A stretch of DNA of 64,000 nt from an uncultured Gammaproteobacteria bacterium (lineage in GTDB: Bacteria > Patescibacteriota > Patescibacteriia > SG8-24 > DYFX01), in the NCBI GenBank assembly GCA_964400625.1, contig CAYNUS010000004.1:26164-90163 (forward strand), given 5' to 3'. A program made the translations under genes and the position numbers. Each line of letters begins with the position of its first letter. The first letter of the stretch is position 1. Below the pieces are notes generated by a model. It worked only from the letters and a program-made list of their open reading frames with translations. It was not told the DNA's origin and did not search any database. Shown here in pieces: positions 28,833 through 40,382 of this stretch.

Positions 28833-29129
28833 ATGGAGCGATTCGAGATGCCGAAGACGAACCCCGAGGCCGAACGCGTCGGACGGCTGGCGAAGTCCGC
28901 CGCCGAACTCGCGCCGAGCCTCGACCTGAAGCGTTACCCCAACGCGCATGTCCACGCGGCGCTCGACCGCGCGGGCATCAAGGACGCCGAGACCCGCGGA
29001 CGGCTCATCCCCGAGATCAAGAAGGCGCTGCATCGCGCCAAGCCCGTCCCTTTCTCGGAACGACCCGATCTCATCGAGGACGCGCGCATCCAGGAGTTGC
29101 GGCATCCCAAAGACGAAGACGAGGCTTGA
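28833..29129 (+). CDS. Hypothetical protein
   Basis: MERFEMPK... ORF; TTGCCC-17-TATCAT upstream; terminator overlapping the stop. Confidence 0.55.
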   Translation: MERFEMPKTNPEAERVGRLAKSAAELAPSLDLKRYPNAHVHAALDRAGIKDAETRGRLIPEIKKALHRAKPVPFSERPDLIEDARIQELRHPKDEDEA

Positions 29130-29142
29130 GCCTCGTCTTTTT

Positions 29143-29685
29143 TCATGCGCGGATGGGATGTTCTTCGCGGAGCCGCTTCCGGAGCGTCCGGTGTTCGGGG
29201 ATCGCGCGGGCCACGAGCGCCCAGAAGCGCGTCGAATGGTCGAAGGCCAGCAGGTGGCAGAGCTCGTGGACGACGATGTAGTCGGCCAGGCGCGGCGGCA
29301 GGAGCGCGATGCGGTAGTTGAAGGACAGGCGTCCGTCGCGCGAGCAGCTGCCCCAGCGCGACGCTTGGTCGCGCACGGAAACGGCTTTCACCGCGACGCC
29401 GTAGGCCGGGGCGTAGCGCGCGATGGCGGCGTAGGCGAGGCGCCGGGCGGCTTCCTTGTGCGCGAGGTACGCACGCCGCGCCTCCGCCCTGCTCGGACGC
29501 GGCGCGACGAGGCGCATCGCTTCGGACGTCCGCGCGACCCAATCGGCCTGCGTCCGCATGAAGCGCACGACGGAGCTCCAGGTGACGCCGCGCGGGACCG
29601 TCACCGACGCGCGGCCGCCGGGATGCACGCGGATGCTGATCCGGCGGGCGCGCGGATGCGTGCGGAGCTCGGCCTCGAACGGCAT
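29143..29685 (-). CDS. M48/DUF45 (YgjP-like) metallopeptidase
   Basis: RWGSCS, YIVVHELCHL, DHSTRFW. Confidence 0.9.
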   Translation of the reverse strand: MPFEAELRTHPRARRISIRVHPGGRASVTVPRGVTWSSVVRFMRTQADWVARTSEAMRLVAPRPSRAEARRAYLAHKEAARRLAYAAIARYAPAYGVAVKAVSVRDQASRWGSCSRDGRLSFNYRIALLPPRLADYIVVHELCHLLAFDHSTRFWALVARAIPEHRTLRKRLREEHPIRA

Positions 29686-30089
29686 CACTTCAGCCACACG
29701 AGCGCGGAAGTCATCGCCGCGGCCGTCGCGCCGCAGACGAAGGCGCCCCAGGCGGCGTCGAGGAGCGACAGCCGGAGCGGCCAGCCCGCGAGCGTGGCGA
29801 GATTCGTGAAATCGTAGACGCCGTAGAGGATGAGGCCGTAGAGCGCGCCCCAGCCGAAGCCGGAGAGCGGCCCGGAGGCCGTCGGAACGACGAAGACCGC
29901 GAGGCCGACGAGCGCCAGGACGTAGACGAGCGCGGCCGCGCGCCAGAGCACGTCGATGCCCTCGCCTGCCTTGCGCGCGAGCGATCCGAGACCGCGGCGA
30001 TATTCCCCTTTCGCGACGACGCCCAGCCAGAGGGCGTCGAGCGCGAGGAAGACCGGCAATCCGATGAGGACGAGCTTCAGCGTCTGCAT
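29685..30089 (-). CDS. DUF2177 family membrane protein
   Basis: LDALWLG, YGVYDFTNLATL..W....DAAWG. Confidence 0.85.
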   Translation of the reverse strand: MQTLKLVLIGLPVFLALDALWLGVVAKGEYRRGLGSLARKAGEGIDVLWRAAALVYVLALVGLAVFVVPTASGPLSGFGWGALYGLILYGVYDFTNLATLAGWPLRLSLLDAAWGAFVCGATAAAMTSALVWLK

Positions 30090-30141
30090 ATGCGCGAAGT
30101 ATAGCATGCCGAAAGGCGCCCTTGCGGGCGCCTCACCGGCC

Positions 30142-32052
30142 TTATTGGCAGACCGCGCACTCCTCGTTGGCGAAGTCGCGGGCCTGGACCTTCATCTGGG
30201 CGTTATCGATGGCGTCGGCCTCGATCGGCGCGGCCGAGCGGAGGTAGTACAGGCTCTTGGCACCGGCCTTCCAAGCCAGGAAGTGCGCGTCGTGCAGGTA
30301 CTTGCCGCTGATGGGCGTCGGGAAGAAGAGGTTCACCGACTGCGACTGGCAGAGATACGGCTGGCGGTCGGCGGCCTGCTGGACGATCTCGCGCATGTTC
30401 ATCTCGTAGCCGGTGCGGAAGACGGCCTTCTCCTCGTCGGTGAGCTCCTCCATGTGCTGGACCGAGCCCTTGGCGGCGATGACCTTCTTCCAGGTCTCGG
30501 TGGTGTTGATGCCCTTCTTCTCGAAGAGCCTCTCGAGATGGCGGCTCTTCACGAGGAAGCTGCCCGAGAGCGTCTTCTGGAGGTAGGCGTTGCCGGTGAT
30601 GGGCTCGACGCAGGGCGTGGCCTCGCCGCAGATGAAGCTGATGGACGCCGTCGGCGCGATCGAGAGGATGTAGCTGTTGCGCTGGTCGCCGCCGTCGAGC
30701 GGGGCGCCGCGTTCCTCCTTGAGCGCCCGCGACGCGGCCTTCGCGTGCTTGTGGATCAGGCTGAAGATCTTCTTGTTCACGCCGCGCGCCGCCACGCTCT
30801 CGAACGGCAGGTTCTTCGACATCAGGTAGCCGTGGTAGCCCATGACGCCGAGGCCGATGGAGCGCTCGTGCAGGACGGAGTTGATCGACTTCGCGTAGTA
30901 CTTCGGGTCGGCCGCCTCGACGAAGTTGTCGAGGACGTTGTCGAGCGCGCGCACGGCGTCGGCGATGAGCGATTCCGCGTGCGGTTCCCACTCGTCGAAG
31001 CGCTCGAGGTTGAGCGACGAGAGGCAGCAGACGGCGGTGCGGTCATGCGTGGTCGGAAGCGTGATCTCCGAGCAGAGGTTGCTCTGCTGGATGAAGAGCC
31101 CCTTCTCCTTGTGGTGCTCCGGCACGGCGCGGTTCACGGTGTCGATGAAGAGCAGGTACGGCTCGCCCGTCTCGACGCGCGTCTTCAGGATCTTGCGCCA
31201 GACTTCGGTGGCGTCGAGCTCCTTCACCGCGACCTTCCGCTTCGGGTCGATGAGCTGATAGGTACGCTTCTCCTCGACCGCCTTCATGAACTCGTCGGTG
31301 ACGACGAGGCCGTGGTTGGTGTTGAGGCAGCGGCGGTTCATGTCGCCCACCGGCTTGCGGATGTCGATGAACTCCTCGATGTCCGGGTGGTCGACGCGCA
31401 GGTAGGCCGCGCCGGCGCCGCGCCGCACGCCGCCTTGCGAGACCGCGATGATCGACGAGTCCATCACCTTGATGAACGGGATGACGCCGGAGGAGGTGCC
31501 GCCCATCGAGAGCGGGGCGTTCTGCCCGCGGAGTTCCGACCAGTTGGTGCCGATGCCGCCGCCGTTCTTGGAGATGAAGGCGTTCTCGGTGTAGCCCTCG
31601 TAGATGCCCTCGATGCTGTCGGGGACGGTGTTCAGGAAGCACGAGATCGGCAGGCCGCGGTTGGTGTAGGTGTTGGTCAGGACCGGGGTGGCCGGCATGA
31701 ACCAGTTCATCGACATCGCGTCATAGAGCCGCTGGGCGTGCGCCGCCTCGCCGCGCGCCATGCCGCAGGCCACGCGCGAGAAGAACATCTGCGGGTCCTC
31801 GACGATCTGGCCCTTGGCGTCCTTCAGGAAGTAGCGGTCGCGCAGGTTCTCCAGGCCGAAATACGTGAGGAGCGCGTTGCGTTCCGGGCGCGTGACGATC
31901 TTGCGCTGGACGTCGGCGTCGCCCCGGTACTGGGGGGAATCCCAGCTGCCGCGCCCCTGCGTCTTGGCCAGCGTCTCCTCCAAGAGGATGTCGCGGGCGT
32001 CGGCGAGGTCGTTGTTGGACAGGGCGTCGATGACGGAAGCGTGGCGCGGCAT
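30142..32052 (-). CDS. nrdA: Class Ia ribonucleotide reductase alpha subunit (no ATP cone)
   Basis: ATPVLTN, ISCFL, SNLCSEI, VCCLSS, APTAS, LYYLRS, C-terminal CAVC. Confidence 0.95.
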   Translation of the reverse strand: MPRHASVIDALSNNDLADARDILLEETLAKTQGRGSWDSPQYRGDADVQRKIVTRPERNALLTYFGLENLRDRYFLKDAKGQIVEDPQMFFSRVACGMARGEAAHAQRLYDAMSMNWFMPATPVLTNTYTNRGLPISCFLNTVPDSIEGIYEGYTENAFISKNGGGIGTNWSELRGQNAPLSMGGTSSGVIPFIKVMDSSIIAVSQGGVRRGAGAAYLRVDHPDIEEFIDIRKPVGDMNRRCLNTNHGLVVTDEFMKAVEEKRTYQLIDPKRKVAVKELDATEVWRKILKTRVETGEPYLLFIDTVNRAVPEHHKEKGLFIQQSNLCSEITLPTTHDRTAVCCLSSLNLERFDEWEPHAESLIADAVRALDNVLDNFVEAADPKYYAKSINSVLHERSIGLGVMGYHGYLMSKNLPFESVAARGVNKKIFSLIHKHAKAASRALKEERGAPLDGGDQRNSYILSIAPTASISFICGEATPCVEPITGNAYLQKTLSGSFLVKSRHLERLFEKKGINTTETWKKVIAAKGSVQHMEELTDEEKAVFRTGYEMNMREIVQQAADRQPYLCQSQSVNLFFPTPISGKYLHDAHFLAWKAGAKSLYYLRSAAPIEADAIDNAQMKVQARDFANEECAVCQ

Positions 32053-32097
32053 AGGCTGACTCGTGACGGATGAGTAAGCGGACGCGACGCGGAAGGC

Positions 32098-33051
32098 TCA
32101 GGCCCAATCCTCGAGGATGGCCCCCTTGCCGTACTCGGTCGCGCGGTTTTCGAAGAAGTTGGTGTGCTCCTTGGCGTTGACCATCGTGTCGAGCCAGAGC
32201 AACGGGTTGGCGGTGCGGTAGCGGGGCTCGAGGCCGATCTCCTGGAGCTTCTTGTCGGCGGTGTAGCGGATGTAGGCCTTCACCTGGTCGGCCGTAAGGC
32301 CCGGCACGGCGCCCATCGAGAAGCAGGTGTCGATGAAGCTGTCTTCCAGGCGCACCATCTCCTCGCAGGCGCCGTAGACGCGTTCCTGGAACGCCGGCGT
32401 CCAGATCTGCTTGTTCTCGGCGATGAGGTCGCGGAAGAGATGGCAGACGCCTTTGCTGTGGAGGCTCTCGTCGCGGATGCTCCAGGTGATGATCTGTCCG
32501 ACGCCCTTCAGCTTCCCCATGCGCGGGAAGTTCATCAGGATGGCGAAGCTCGAGAACAGGCTGACGCCTTCCATGAAGGCTCCGAAGACGGCGAGGTTGA
32601 GCGCGATGTTCTCGACCGAGTCGGTCTTGAAGTCCTGGAGGTACTGGTACTTGTTCCGCATCGCCTCGTATTCGAGGAAGGCGGAATATTCACGCTCCGG
32701 CAGGCCGAGCGAGTCGTTCAGGTAAGAGTAGGCCCAGACGTGGATGCTCTCCATGGCGGCGAAGGCCGAGAGCATCATCTTGATCTCCGGTTTCGGGAAG
32801 GCCGGGATCAGGTTCGTGTTGTAGTTGTTGTTGACCTCGATGTCGCCTTGGGTGAAGAAGCGGAGGATCTGGACGATGAGGTTCTTCTCCTCGGGCGACA
32901 GGCGGAAGCGGTAGTCGGCGATGTCGGCTTCCATCGGGACCTCCGTCGGCATCCAGTGCGCCTGGTTCTGTTTCTGGAAATATTCGAAGTAGTGCTGGTA
33001 CTCGAACGGCCGGTAGAATTTGCGCGGCGTGAGGATCCTCGAGGTGCTCAT
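32098..33051 (-). CDS. nrdB: Class Ia ribonucleotide reductase beta subunit
   Basis: FFTQGD, ESIHVWAY (radical Tyr), EGVSLFSSF, RDESLH, NFFENRATEY. Confidence 0.95.
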   Translation of the reverse strand: MSTSRILTPRKFYRPFEYQHYFEYFQKQNQAHWMPTEVPMEADIADYRFRLSPEEKNLIVQILRFFTQGDIEVNNNYNTNLIPAFPKPEIKMMLSAFAAMESIHVWAYSYLNDSLGLPEREYSAFLEYEAMRNKYQYLQDFKTDSVENIALNLAVFGAFMEGVSLFSSFAILMNFPRMGKLKGVGQIITWSIRDESLHSKGVCHLFRDLIAENKQIWTPAFQERVYGACEEMVRLEDSFIDTCFSMGAVPGLTADQVKAYIRYTADKKLQEIGLEPRYRTANPLLWLDTMVNAKEHTNFFENRATEYGKGAILEDWA

Positions 33052-33100
33052 AGTCTGGTGCGTTTCGTGTCCTTCCGTAAAAAACGGCAGGGACCGCATT

Positions 33101-33174
33101 TCACAATATCTTGTGTCATGCGGTCCCAGTATACCACTAGCTGTTGTGTCCGTACTCCCCTTCCGTGTGGATAA
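33101..33174 (-). promoter_or_regulatory. nrdBA control region: tandem NrdR boxes, extended -10, DnaA box
   Basis: TCACAATATCTTGTGT (33101-33116) and CCACTAGCTGTTGTGT (33134-33149) resemble acaCwAtATaTwGtgt; TGnTATACT on minus; TGTGGATAA at 33166-33174. Confidence 0.7.
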
Positions 33175-33256
33175 CGTCCGGTCCGCTCACGACACAGCTG
33201 CCTCAGCTTAATCGGTCGCGGAAACGGTGGCCAGAGGATAACCCGTGGACAGGTTT

Positions 33257-34231
33257 TCAGCCTCCGGAAAGCAGCCGTTCCACGAGCCGGGAGGCCTCCG
33301 CCAGCCGCGTTTCGGGGGCGCCGCGCAGGACCGCGTAGGGCACGTCCTGGCCGGCGAGGACCTCCTCGAAGCGCGCGTGCATCCCGTGCCGCAGGTGCTC
33401 GCCGTCGCGCAGGCCGTCCTGCACGAACGGGATCTCGTCGCCGGTCAGGAGATACAGGTGCGGACGATGCGCGGCCGCGAACGCCTCTACCTCCGGCGCG
33501 CGCGTCCCGACGTAGCGCTCATGCCAGACGGCCGTCGCGAGCGCGTCGGTGTCGGAGAAGATGACGCGGTCGGCGGAGCGCGCGAGCCGCTCGATGCCCG
33601 CGTGCTGAGTCTCGGCGATGTGCATGAATTCGTCGGTGCGCCAGGCCTTGTCCGGCGAGGCGTACTTCCCTTCCGCGTAGTGGCGCCCGTATTCGGGGAC
33701 CCAGACCGTGCCGAAACGCTCCGCCAGCGCCCGCGTGAGCGTCGTCGTGCCGGTGGATTCCGCCCCGAGGACCGTGACGCGCCTGGCGAAGTGCGCGCGG
33801 ACGGGCGGCTCCAGGAATTCCCAGGCCTTCAAGGGGTTCTCGCGCACTTTGGTGCCGGAAATCGGCACCCGCGCGCGGTCCATGTCGACCAGCACGTGCT
33901 CGCAGCCCATCGCGCGGCACCACGGCTCGCCGTAGGCTTCCGACGTGAAGGCGGCGTCAGGCTTCCCGATCCATCCGATCGTCGCCCTCGCCCAGCCCGG
34001 CGAGTCCGCATCATCGAGGTCGTCTTGCGGGACCGCGAGGACCTCGGCGCGCGGATGGATCTCGCTGATCCAGGATGCGCGAAGCTCGCCGGGGATGCGC
34101 TGGCCCTCCGCATGCACGACGATGACGGAGACGCGGTCGCTCCGTTCGAGCGCCGTGTCGATGAGCAGCTTGTGTCCGCGATGCGGCGGATAGAACTTGC
34201 CGATCACGACGGCGTGCCCGTAGCGCTTCAT
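33257..34231 (-). CDS. NadR-like NMN adenylyltransferase / nicotinamide riboside kinase (no HTH)
   Basis: GKFYPPHRGH, ISGTKVR, GAESTGTTT P-loop, EYGR, DTD, FVQDGLR. Confidence 0.88.
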   Translation of the reverse strand: MKRYGHAVVIGKFYPPHRGHKLLIDTALERSDRVSVIVVHAEGQRIPGELRASWISEIHPRAEVLAVPQDDLDDADSPGWARATIGWIGKPDAAFTSEAYGEPWCRAMGCEHVLVDMDRARVPISGTKVRENPLKAWEFLEPPVRAHFARRVTVLGAESTGTTTLTRALAERFGTVWVPEYGRHYAEGKYASPDKAWRTDEFMHIAETQHAGIERLARSADRVIFSDTDALATAVWHERYVGTRAPEVEAFAAAHRPHLYLLTGDEIPFVQDGLRDGEHLRHGMHARFEEVLAGQDVPYAVLRGAPETRLAEASRLVERLLSGG

Positions 34232-34899
34232 ACCGCCTTCGCTTCGCGGGCCGCGAGGAGCGCGCGCCACTTGTAGAGGCCGCCCGAGGCGAGGATGAGG
34301 AACAGCACGTATTCGAGCGCGATGAAGCGCACGCCCTTCACGTCGTACAGCCAGACGCCGATGACGTCGACCAGGATCCAGAGATACCAGCACTCGACCT
34401 TCCTGCGGATCATGAGGTAGGTGGCGACGAAACTCAGGACCGTCGTGAAGGCGTCGAGGTACGGGTAGTCGGCCGGCGCGGCGAAGACGGCGGGCAGGAG
34501 CAGGTCCGCGCGGGCCATGAAGGCGCCGAGCGCGAGCGAGCCGAGGAGCGTGACGGCTCCGGCGATCGCGAGCTCGCGCGGCGTCCCGCGGCTCACGACG
34601 AGCTCCTTCCGCGCCTCGGTCCCTTCCGCGCGCTTCGGGCGCGTCCAGGCCCACCAGCCCCAGAGGCCCGTGAAGAAGAAATAGGCCTGCTCGACCATGT
34701 CCGAATAGAGGCGGATCTCGCGGAACAGCAGGAAGAAGAGGACGACCCCGACCAGCCCGACCGGCCAGTTGCGCGGGTCGTTCCTCGACGCCAGCCAGAC
34801 GCAGGCGACGTTGAAGAGCGTCCCGAAGAACTCGATGTAGCTCATCGGATATCCCAGCACGGTGAAGAACACGGTCTCGACGCTCAGGATGTCCGGCAT
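34228..34899 (-). CDS. pnuC: Nicotinamide riboside transporter PnuC
   Basis: NWPVG, LYSD..EQ.YF, GWWAW, PYLDAFTT, ECWYLWILVD. Confidence 0.92.
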   Translation of the reverse strand: MPDILSVETVFFTVLGYPMSYIEFFGTLFNVACVWLASRNDPRNWPVGLVGVVLFFLLFREIRLYSDMVEQAYFFFTGLWGWWAWTRPKRAEGTEARKELVVSRGTPRELAIAGAVTLLGSLALGAFMARADLLLPAVFAAPADYPYLDAFTTVLSFVATYLMIRRKVECWYLWILVDVIGVWLYDVKGVRFIALEYVLFLILASGGLYKWRALLAAREAKAV

Positions 34900-34935
34900 G
34901 GCGCTCGGGTTATCGGGCCAGCGCCCGTCGCCTCC

Positions 34936-34968
34936 AGCGTAGTTCCTTAGTTCGTGTACTGTCAACAC
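34936..34968 (-). promoter_or_regulatory. pnuC promoter with overlapping GTGT-N7-ACAC palindrome (NrtR-like)
   Basis: TTGACA(34965-34960)-18-TACGCT(34941-34936); GTGTactgtcaACAC at 34954-34968. Confidence 0.45.
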
Positions 34969-35030
34969 TTAGTAATGCACAGCGCTCGGGACATTGCCGG
35001 GAGGCCCGAAACGCGGTAGGTTGAGGCGCC

Positions 35031-36803
<1,773 letters not shown>

Positions 36804-36846
36804 CGCGCCGCCGTTTTCCTGCCATCCTCCTCGCGGAGGAAATGCC

Positions 36847-37164
36847 ATGACCTCGACCGAACGTTTCCGCCTCAAGTTCTTCTCGCCGCTGCACTTCGCC
36901 ATCCGCTGGGCCTCCGAACGCCCGGGCTACGTCGCCGGCGACTGCTACGTCGTCGTCTTCACGGCCGACGCCGACGCGGGGACCCCGACCATGGCGCCGA
37001 TGGCGCCCGAGGAGATCCGCGCCTACCTCGCCGAGCGCGTCGACATGCTCGGAGGCCAGATCCACGACTGCGTCGGCCTCTCCGTGGAGGATGCCGACGG
37101 CCGCGCCGTCGACTTCGTGGAGCCGATCCGCGTCCGCAACCGTCCGCTCGACGTCCGCATCTGA
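36847..37164 (+). CDS. Hypothetical protein
   Basis: GGAGGA SD; TTGACG-17-CATCCT; terminator downstream. Confidence 0.6.
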   Translation: MTSTERFRLKFFSPLHFAIRWASERPGYVAGDCYVVVFTADADAGTPTMAPMAPEEIRAYLAERVDMLGGQIHDCVGLSVEDADGRAVDFVEPIRVRNRPLDVRI

Positions 37165-37167
37165 AGC

Positions 37168-37193
37168 AAAGCGCCCCTCGCAGGGCGCTTTTT
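37168..37193. terminator. Bidirectional intrinsic terminator
   Basis: AAAGCGCCC-CTCGCA-GGGCGCTTTTT. Confidence 0.7.
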
Positions 37194-37197
37194 CCTT

Positions 37198-38511
37198 TCA
37201 GAACGGCTTCTTGTCGTCGAACCATCCCCGCTCGAGCGGCCGGAAGGCGTAGAGGGCGCCGTTCACGCTGGCGTAGACGACGGTCGGCGCCGAGGCGAGC
37301 CAGACGTCGGTGCGCGCGTGGTTGGTGAGCGGGCCGTACTCGAGGAACGGGTACCAGGTTTCCCCGTCCGGCGAGACGATGACGCCGAACTTCGGCACGA
37401 CCTCGCCGACCTCGTTGGCTTCGGTGTGGATCGCGGCGTAGTAGATGCCGTTCACGTTCAGCAGGCTGTAGACGTAGCCGGCGTAGCCGTGCGGGATCGG
37501 GTTCCAGACCTCGCGGGTCGCGCCTTCCGCGGCATCGTAGACGGCCAAGCCGTGGCCGTGGAGCTGGTCCGGGCCGAGCAGCCAGCGGAAGCCGCCCGAC
37601 ATCGCGACGGAGGCCGTGAAGCCTTCGTCCCAGACCTGCTTCCAGGTGGCGCCGCCGTCCGGCGACATGAAGGCGAAGCGCGCGACGTCGCCCGTGCCCA
37701 CGACGATCTGTTCCTTGGCCTTGTCGTAGATCACGCCATGGAGGTGGCGCAGCATGTAGCGGTCGTCGCCTTCGCGGTAGGTGCGCGCGTACTGCGGGAA
37801 GAGGGCCTGGAAATCGATCCATGGCTCCCAGTTGAAGCCGTCGTTGGGGCTGCGGTAGAGCACGGCGCGGTTGCGCTCGTGCGTCGTGGCGTAGACGTTC
37901 CCCTTTCCGTCATCCGTCATCGACCAGAACATCGCGACGTCCTCGAGCACGAGGTGCCAGGTGGCGAACCCGTCGTCGGAACGGTACAGCCGCACGGGAC
38001 CGTCGATCTGCAGATAGACGACGCCCTTGGAATCCCCGTGGATGCGGATCTCGCCGCGCTCGGAACTCGCCTTGAAGACGCGTTCGGCGCGGCCGTTCTC
38101 GGGCAGCTTCCAGAGCGAACGCGAACCGTCCGGTTCCGTGACGGCCATGAGCAGCGTGAGCGTCGGCGTGTGGTAGTAGAGCTTGTTGATGTCGCCGATG
38201 GCCTCCGGCAGCGGGACGCGCTGGCGTCCGAGGGCGCTGCCCGTGAGGTTCACGGTCGGCGGCGGAAGGTAGCCGATCGACGGGACGGCGACCTGCTCCT
38301 CCTCGACATCCTCGGCGGCGTCGGTGCCGGTGGCCGTTTCCGTCTGCGCGTCGAGGAGCTCCTCGGCGGTCGGGAGTTCGCCGATGAAGACGGGGCTTTG
38401 GACCAGGGCAGGCGGCTTCGGTGCGGGCTTGGCCTTGATGAGCGCGAAAATCCCGGCGCCGAGAAGCGCCGCGGCCGCGAGCGTCAGGATGATGAAGGAG
38501 AGGCGCCGCAT
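37198..38511 (-). CDS. Membrane-anchored BNR/Asp-box beta-propeller protein
   Basis: N-terminal TM; Asp boxes YRSDDGFATW, YRSPNDGFNW, SPDGGATW, SPDGETW; RHLHGV motif. Confidence 0.75.
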   Translation of the reverse strand: MRRLSFIILTLAAAALLGAGIFALIKAKPAPKPPALVQSPVFIGELPTAEELLDAQTETATGTDAAEDVEEEQVAVPSIGYLPPPTVNLTGSALGRQRVPLPEAIGDINKLYYHTPTLTLLMAVTEPDGSRSLWKLPENGRAERVFKASSERGEIRIHGDSKGVVYLQIDGPVRLYRSDDGFATWHLVLEDVAMFWSMTDDGKGNVYATTHERNRAVLYRSPNDGFNWEPWIDFQALFPQYARTYREGDDRYMLRHLHGVIYDKAKEQIVVGTGDVARFAFMSPDGGATWKQVWDEGFTASVAMSGGFRWLLGPDQLHGHGLAVYDAAEGATREVWNPIPHGYAGYVYSLLNVNGIYYAAIHTEANEVGEVVPKFGVIVSPDGETWYPFLEYGPLTNHARTDVWLASAPTVVYASVNGALYAFRPLERGWFDDKKPF

Positions 38512-38539
38512 ACGCGTCCACTGTAGCACGAGGCCGGTC

Positions 38540-39757
38540 TCAGAGCTTGTCCTGCCACCGGCGGACGACCTCGTCGAAGGCGGGCCGATCCGCCTCGTTC
38601 ACGGGATCCGTGCCGGGGAACGTCTCGCGCATGGGGTTGATCTTCACGCCGTTCTTGACCATCTCGTAGTGGAGGTGCGGTCCGGTGGAGAAACCCGTCG
38701 AGCCGACGTAGCCGATGACCTGGCCTTGCGAGACCTTGGCGCCGCGCTTCACCGCGATGCGCGACATGTGCGCGTAGTTCGTGGTGTACGTCCCGTTGTG
38801 GCGCACGCTCACCTTGTTGCCGTACGGGCCGTCCCAGCCCGCGAAGGCGACGACGCCGTCGGCGGTGGAGCGGATGGGCGTGCCGGCCGAGGCGGCGTAA
38901 TCGATGGCGCGGTGGCCGGTCGAGGTGTTGAAGGCGGCGACGTAGCGCATGCCGGTCGTGAAGCCGGAGGTGATGTACTTGAAGGCGAGCGGCGCCTTCA
39001 GGAACATCTTCTTGAGCGAGACGCCCTTCTCGTCGTAGTAGCCTTCCTCGCCGTCGGATTCGACGAAGCGGAATCCGCGGTAGGTCGTCCCGGCGTTCAC
39101 GTACTCCGCCGCGTGCACGGCGCCCGGCATGACGTAGGCGCCGTCGCGCCAGCGCTCCTCGTAGATGAACTTGAAGGTGTCGCCGACGCGGACGTCCTGC
39201 GCGAAGTCGATGGTCCATTCGAAGACGCCGGCCAGCTCGATCACGGCGCGCTCGTCGAGGCCCTGCGCGAGCGCGGCGGCGTACAGCGACGATTCGATCG
39301 TGCCTTCGACGGTCCGCTCGCGGATCTCGTAGGCGATCGTCTCCTTCACGGCGGTCCAGGCGCCTCCTTCCTTGCGGACGTGCAGCTCCTCCTCGTCGTC
39401 GATGGCATAGACGAGCTCGACGTAGGCGCCGCCGGGCGCGTCGCGATAGAGGTCGATCGTCTTCCCCGCGCGGATGCTCGCGAGGTCGTAGACGTCCTTC
39501 GAGGCGGCGTAGATGGCGGTGGCATCGGAGCCGGCGACGCCGGAATCCTCCATGAGGACGCTGAACGTGGCCTGCGGAGGGATCTCGATGCGGTCGACGG
39601 GACGCTCGGGCGCCTTGGGCGCCTCGGGTTCGGCGGCCTCGAACGCGGTTTCCGCCCCTTGCCGGCCTTCGACGGATTTCGAAGACGGCCACAGCACGGC
39701 TAGGCCGGCCGCGAGCGAAATCAAGCCTAATGCCAACGTGAGCGCCCTGGTCTTCAT
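38540..39757 (-). CDS. M23 family peptidoglycan endopeptidase
   Basis: HRAIDY, YAHMS, STGPHLHYE; N-terminal anchor. Confidence 0.93.
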   Translation of the reverse strand: MKTRALTLALGLISLAAGLAVLWPSSKSVEGRQGAETAFEAAEPEAPKAPERPVDRIEIPPQATFSVLMEDSGVAGSDATAIYAASKDVYDLASIRAGKTIDLYRDAPGGAYVELVYAIDDEEELHVRKEGGAWTAVKETIAYEIRERTVEGTIESSLYAAALAQGLDERAVIELAGVFEWTIDFAQDVRVGDTFKFIYEERWRDGAYVMPGAVHAAEYVNAGTTYRGFRFVESDGEEGYYDEKGVSLKKMFLKAPLAFKYITSGFTTGMRYVAAFNTSTGHRAIDYAASAGTPIRSTADGVVAFAGWDGPYGNKVSVRHNGTYTTNYAHMSRIAVKRGAKVSQGQVIGYVGSTGFSTGPHLHYEMVKNGVKINPMRETFPGTDPVNEADRPAFDEVVRRWQDKL

Positions 39758-39803
39758 AGGCCGTATGGTAGCTCAGACGGCCGGTCGCGTAAATCTTACG
39801 TCC

Positions 39804-40352
39804 TCACGCCTGCGGCTTGAGCAGGCTGCGGAACGTCTCGCGGAACTTCGCGAGTTTCGGATCGATCACGAGCTGGCAGTAGGGGTTCTCGCCGCGGTTC
39901 TTGGCGTAGTAGTCGCGGTGATAATCCTCGGCGTCCCAGAACTTCTCCAAGGGCTTCAGTTCCGTCACGACCTCGCGTCCGCCGTAGCCGCCCGCGGCTT
40001 TCAGCTCGTCGATGACCGCCTCCGCGTCCGCCTTCTGGCGTTCGTCGGCGTACAGGATGATGGACCGGTACTGCGTGCCGACGTCGTTGCCCTGGCGGTT
40101 GAGCGTGGTCGGGTCGTGCGTGGCGAAGAAGACCTTCAGGAGGTCGGCGTACGACAGCGCGGACGGATCGAACTCGACGCGGATGACTTCGGCGTGGCCG
40201 GTATCGCCGCCGCACACCTGTTCGTACGTCGGGTCCGGCTTCTCGCCGCCGGCGTAGCCCGGCATCACCGAAACGACACCCCTCAATTCCTTGAAGATGG
40301 ACTCCGTGCACCAGAAACAGCCTCCACCGAACACCGCGGATTCAGTATGCAT
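39804..40352 (-). CDS. msrA: Peptide-methionine (S)-S-oxide reductase
   Basis: GGGCFWC, HDPTTLNRQGNDVGTQYRS, AEDYH. Confidence 0.97.
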   Translation of the reverse strand: MHTESAVFGGGCFWCTESIFKELRGVVSVMPGYAGGEKPDPTYEQVCGGDTGHAEVIRVEFDPSALSYADLLKVFFATHDPTTLNRQGNDVGTQYRSIILYADERQKADAEAVIDELKAAGGYGGREVVTELKPLEKFWDAEDYHRDYYAKNRGENPYCQLVIDPKLAKFRETFRSLLKPQA

Positions 40353-40382
40353 AGTATGTGGTATCATCGGCATCATACACCT

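Noticed and set aside
33160-33256. Replication origin
   Set aside because: Only one perfect DnaA box plus weak variants, no AT-rich unwinding element, no dnaA or dnaN; better explained as nrd regulation
34900-35030. Riboswitch upstream of pnuC
   Set aside because: Leader after the predicted -10 is only about 30 nt and shows no TPP, FMN or NAD aptamer motifs I can recognise
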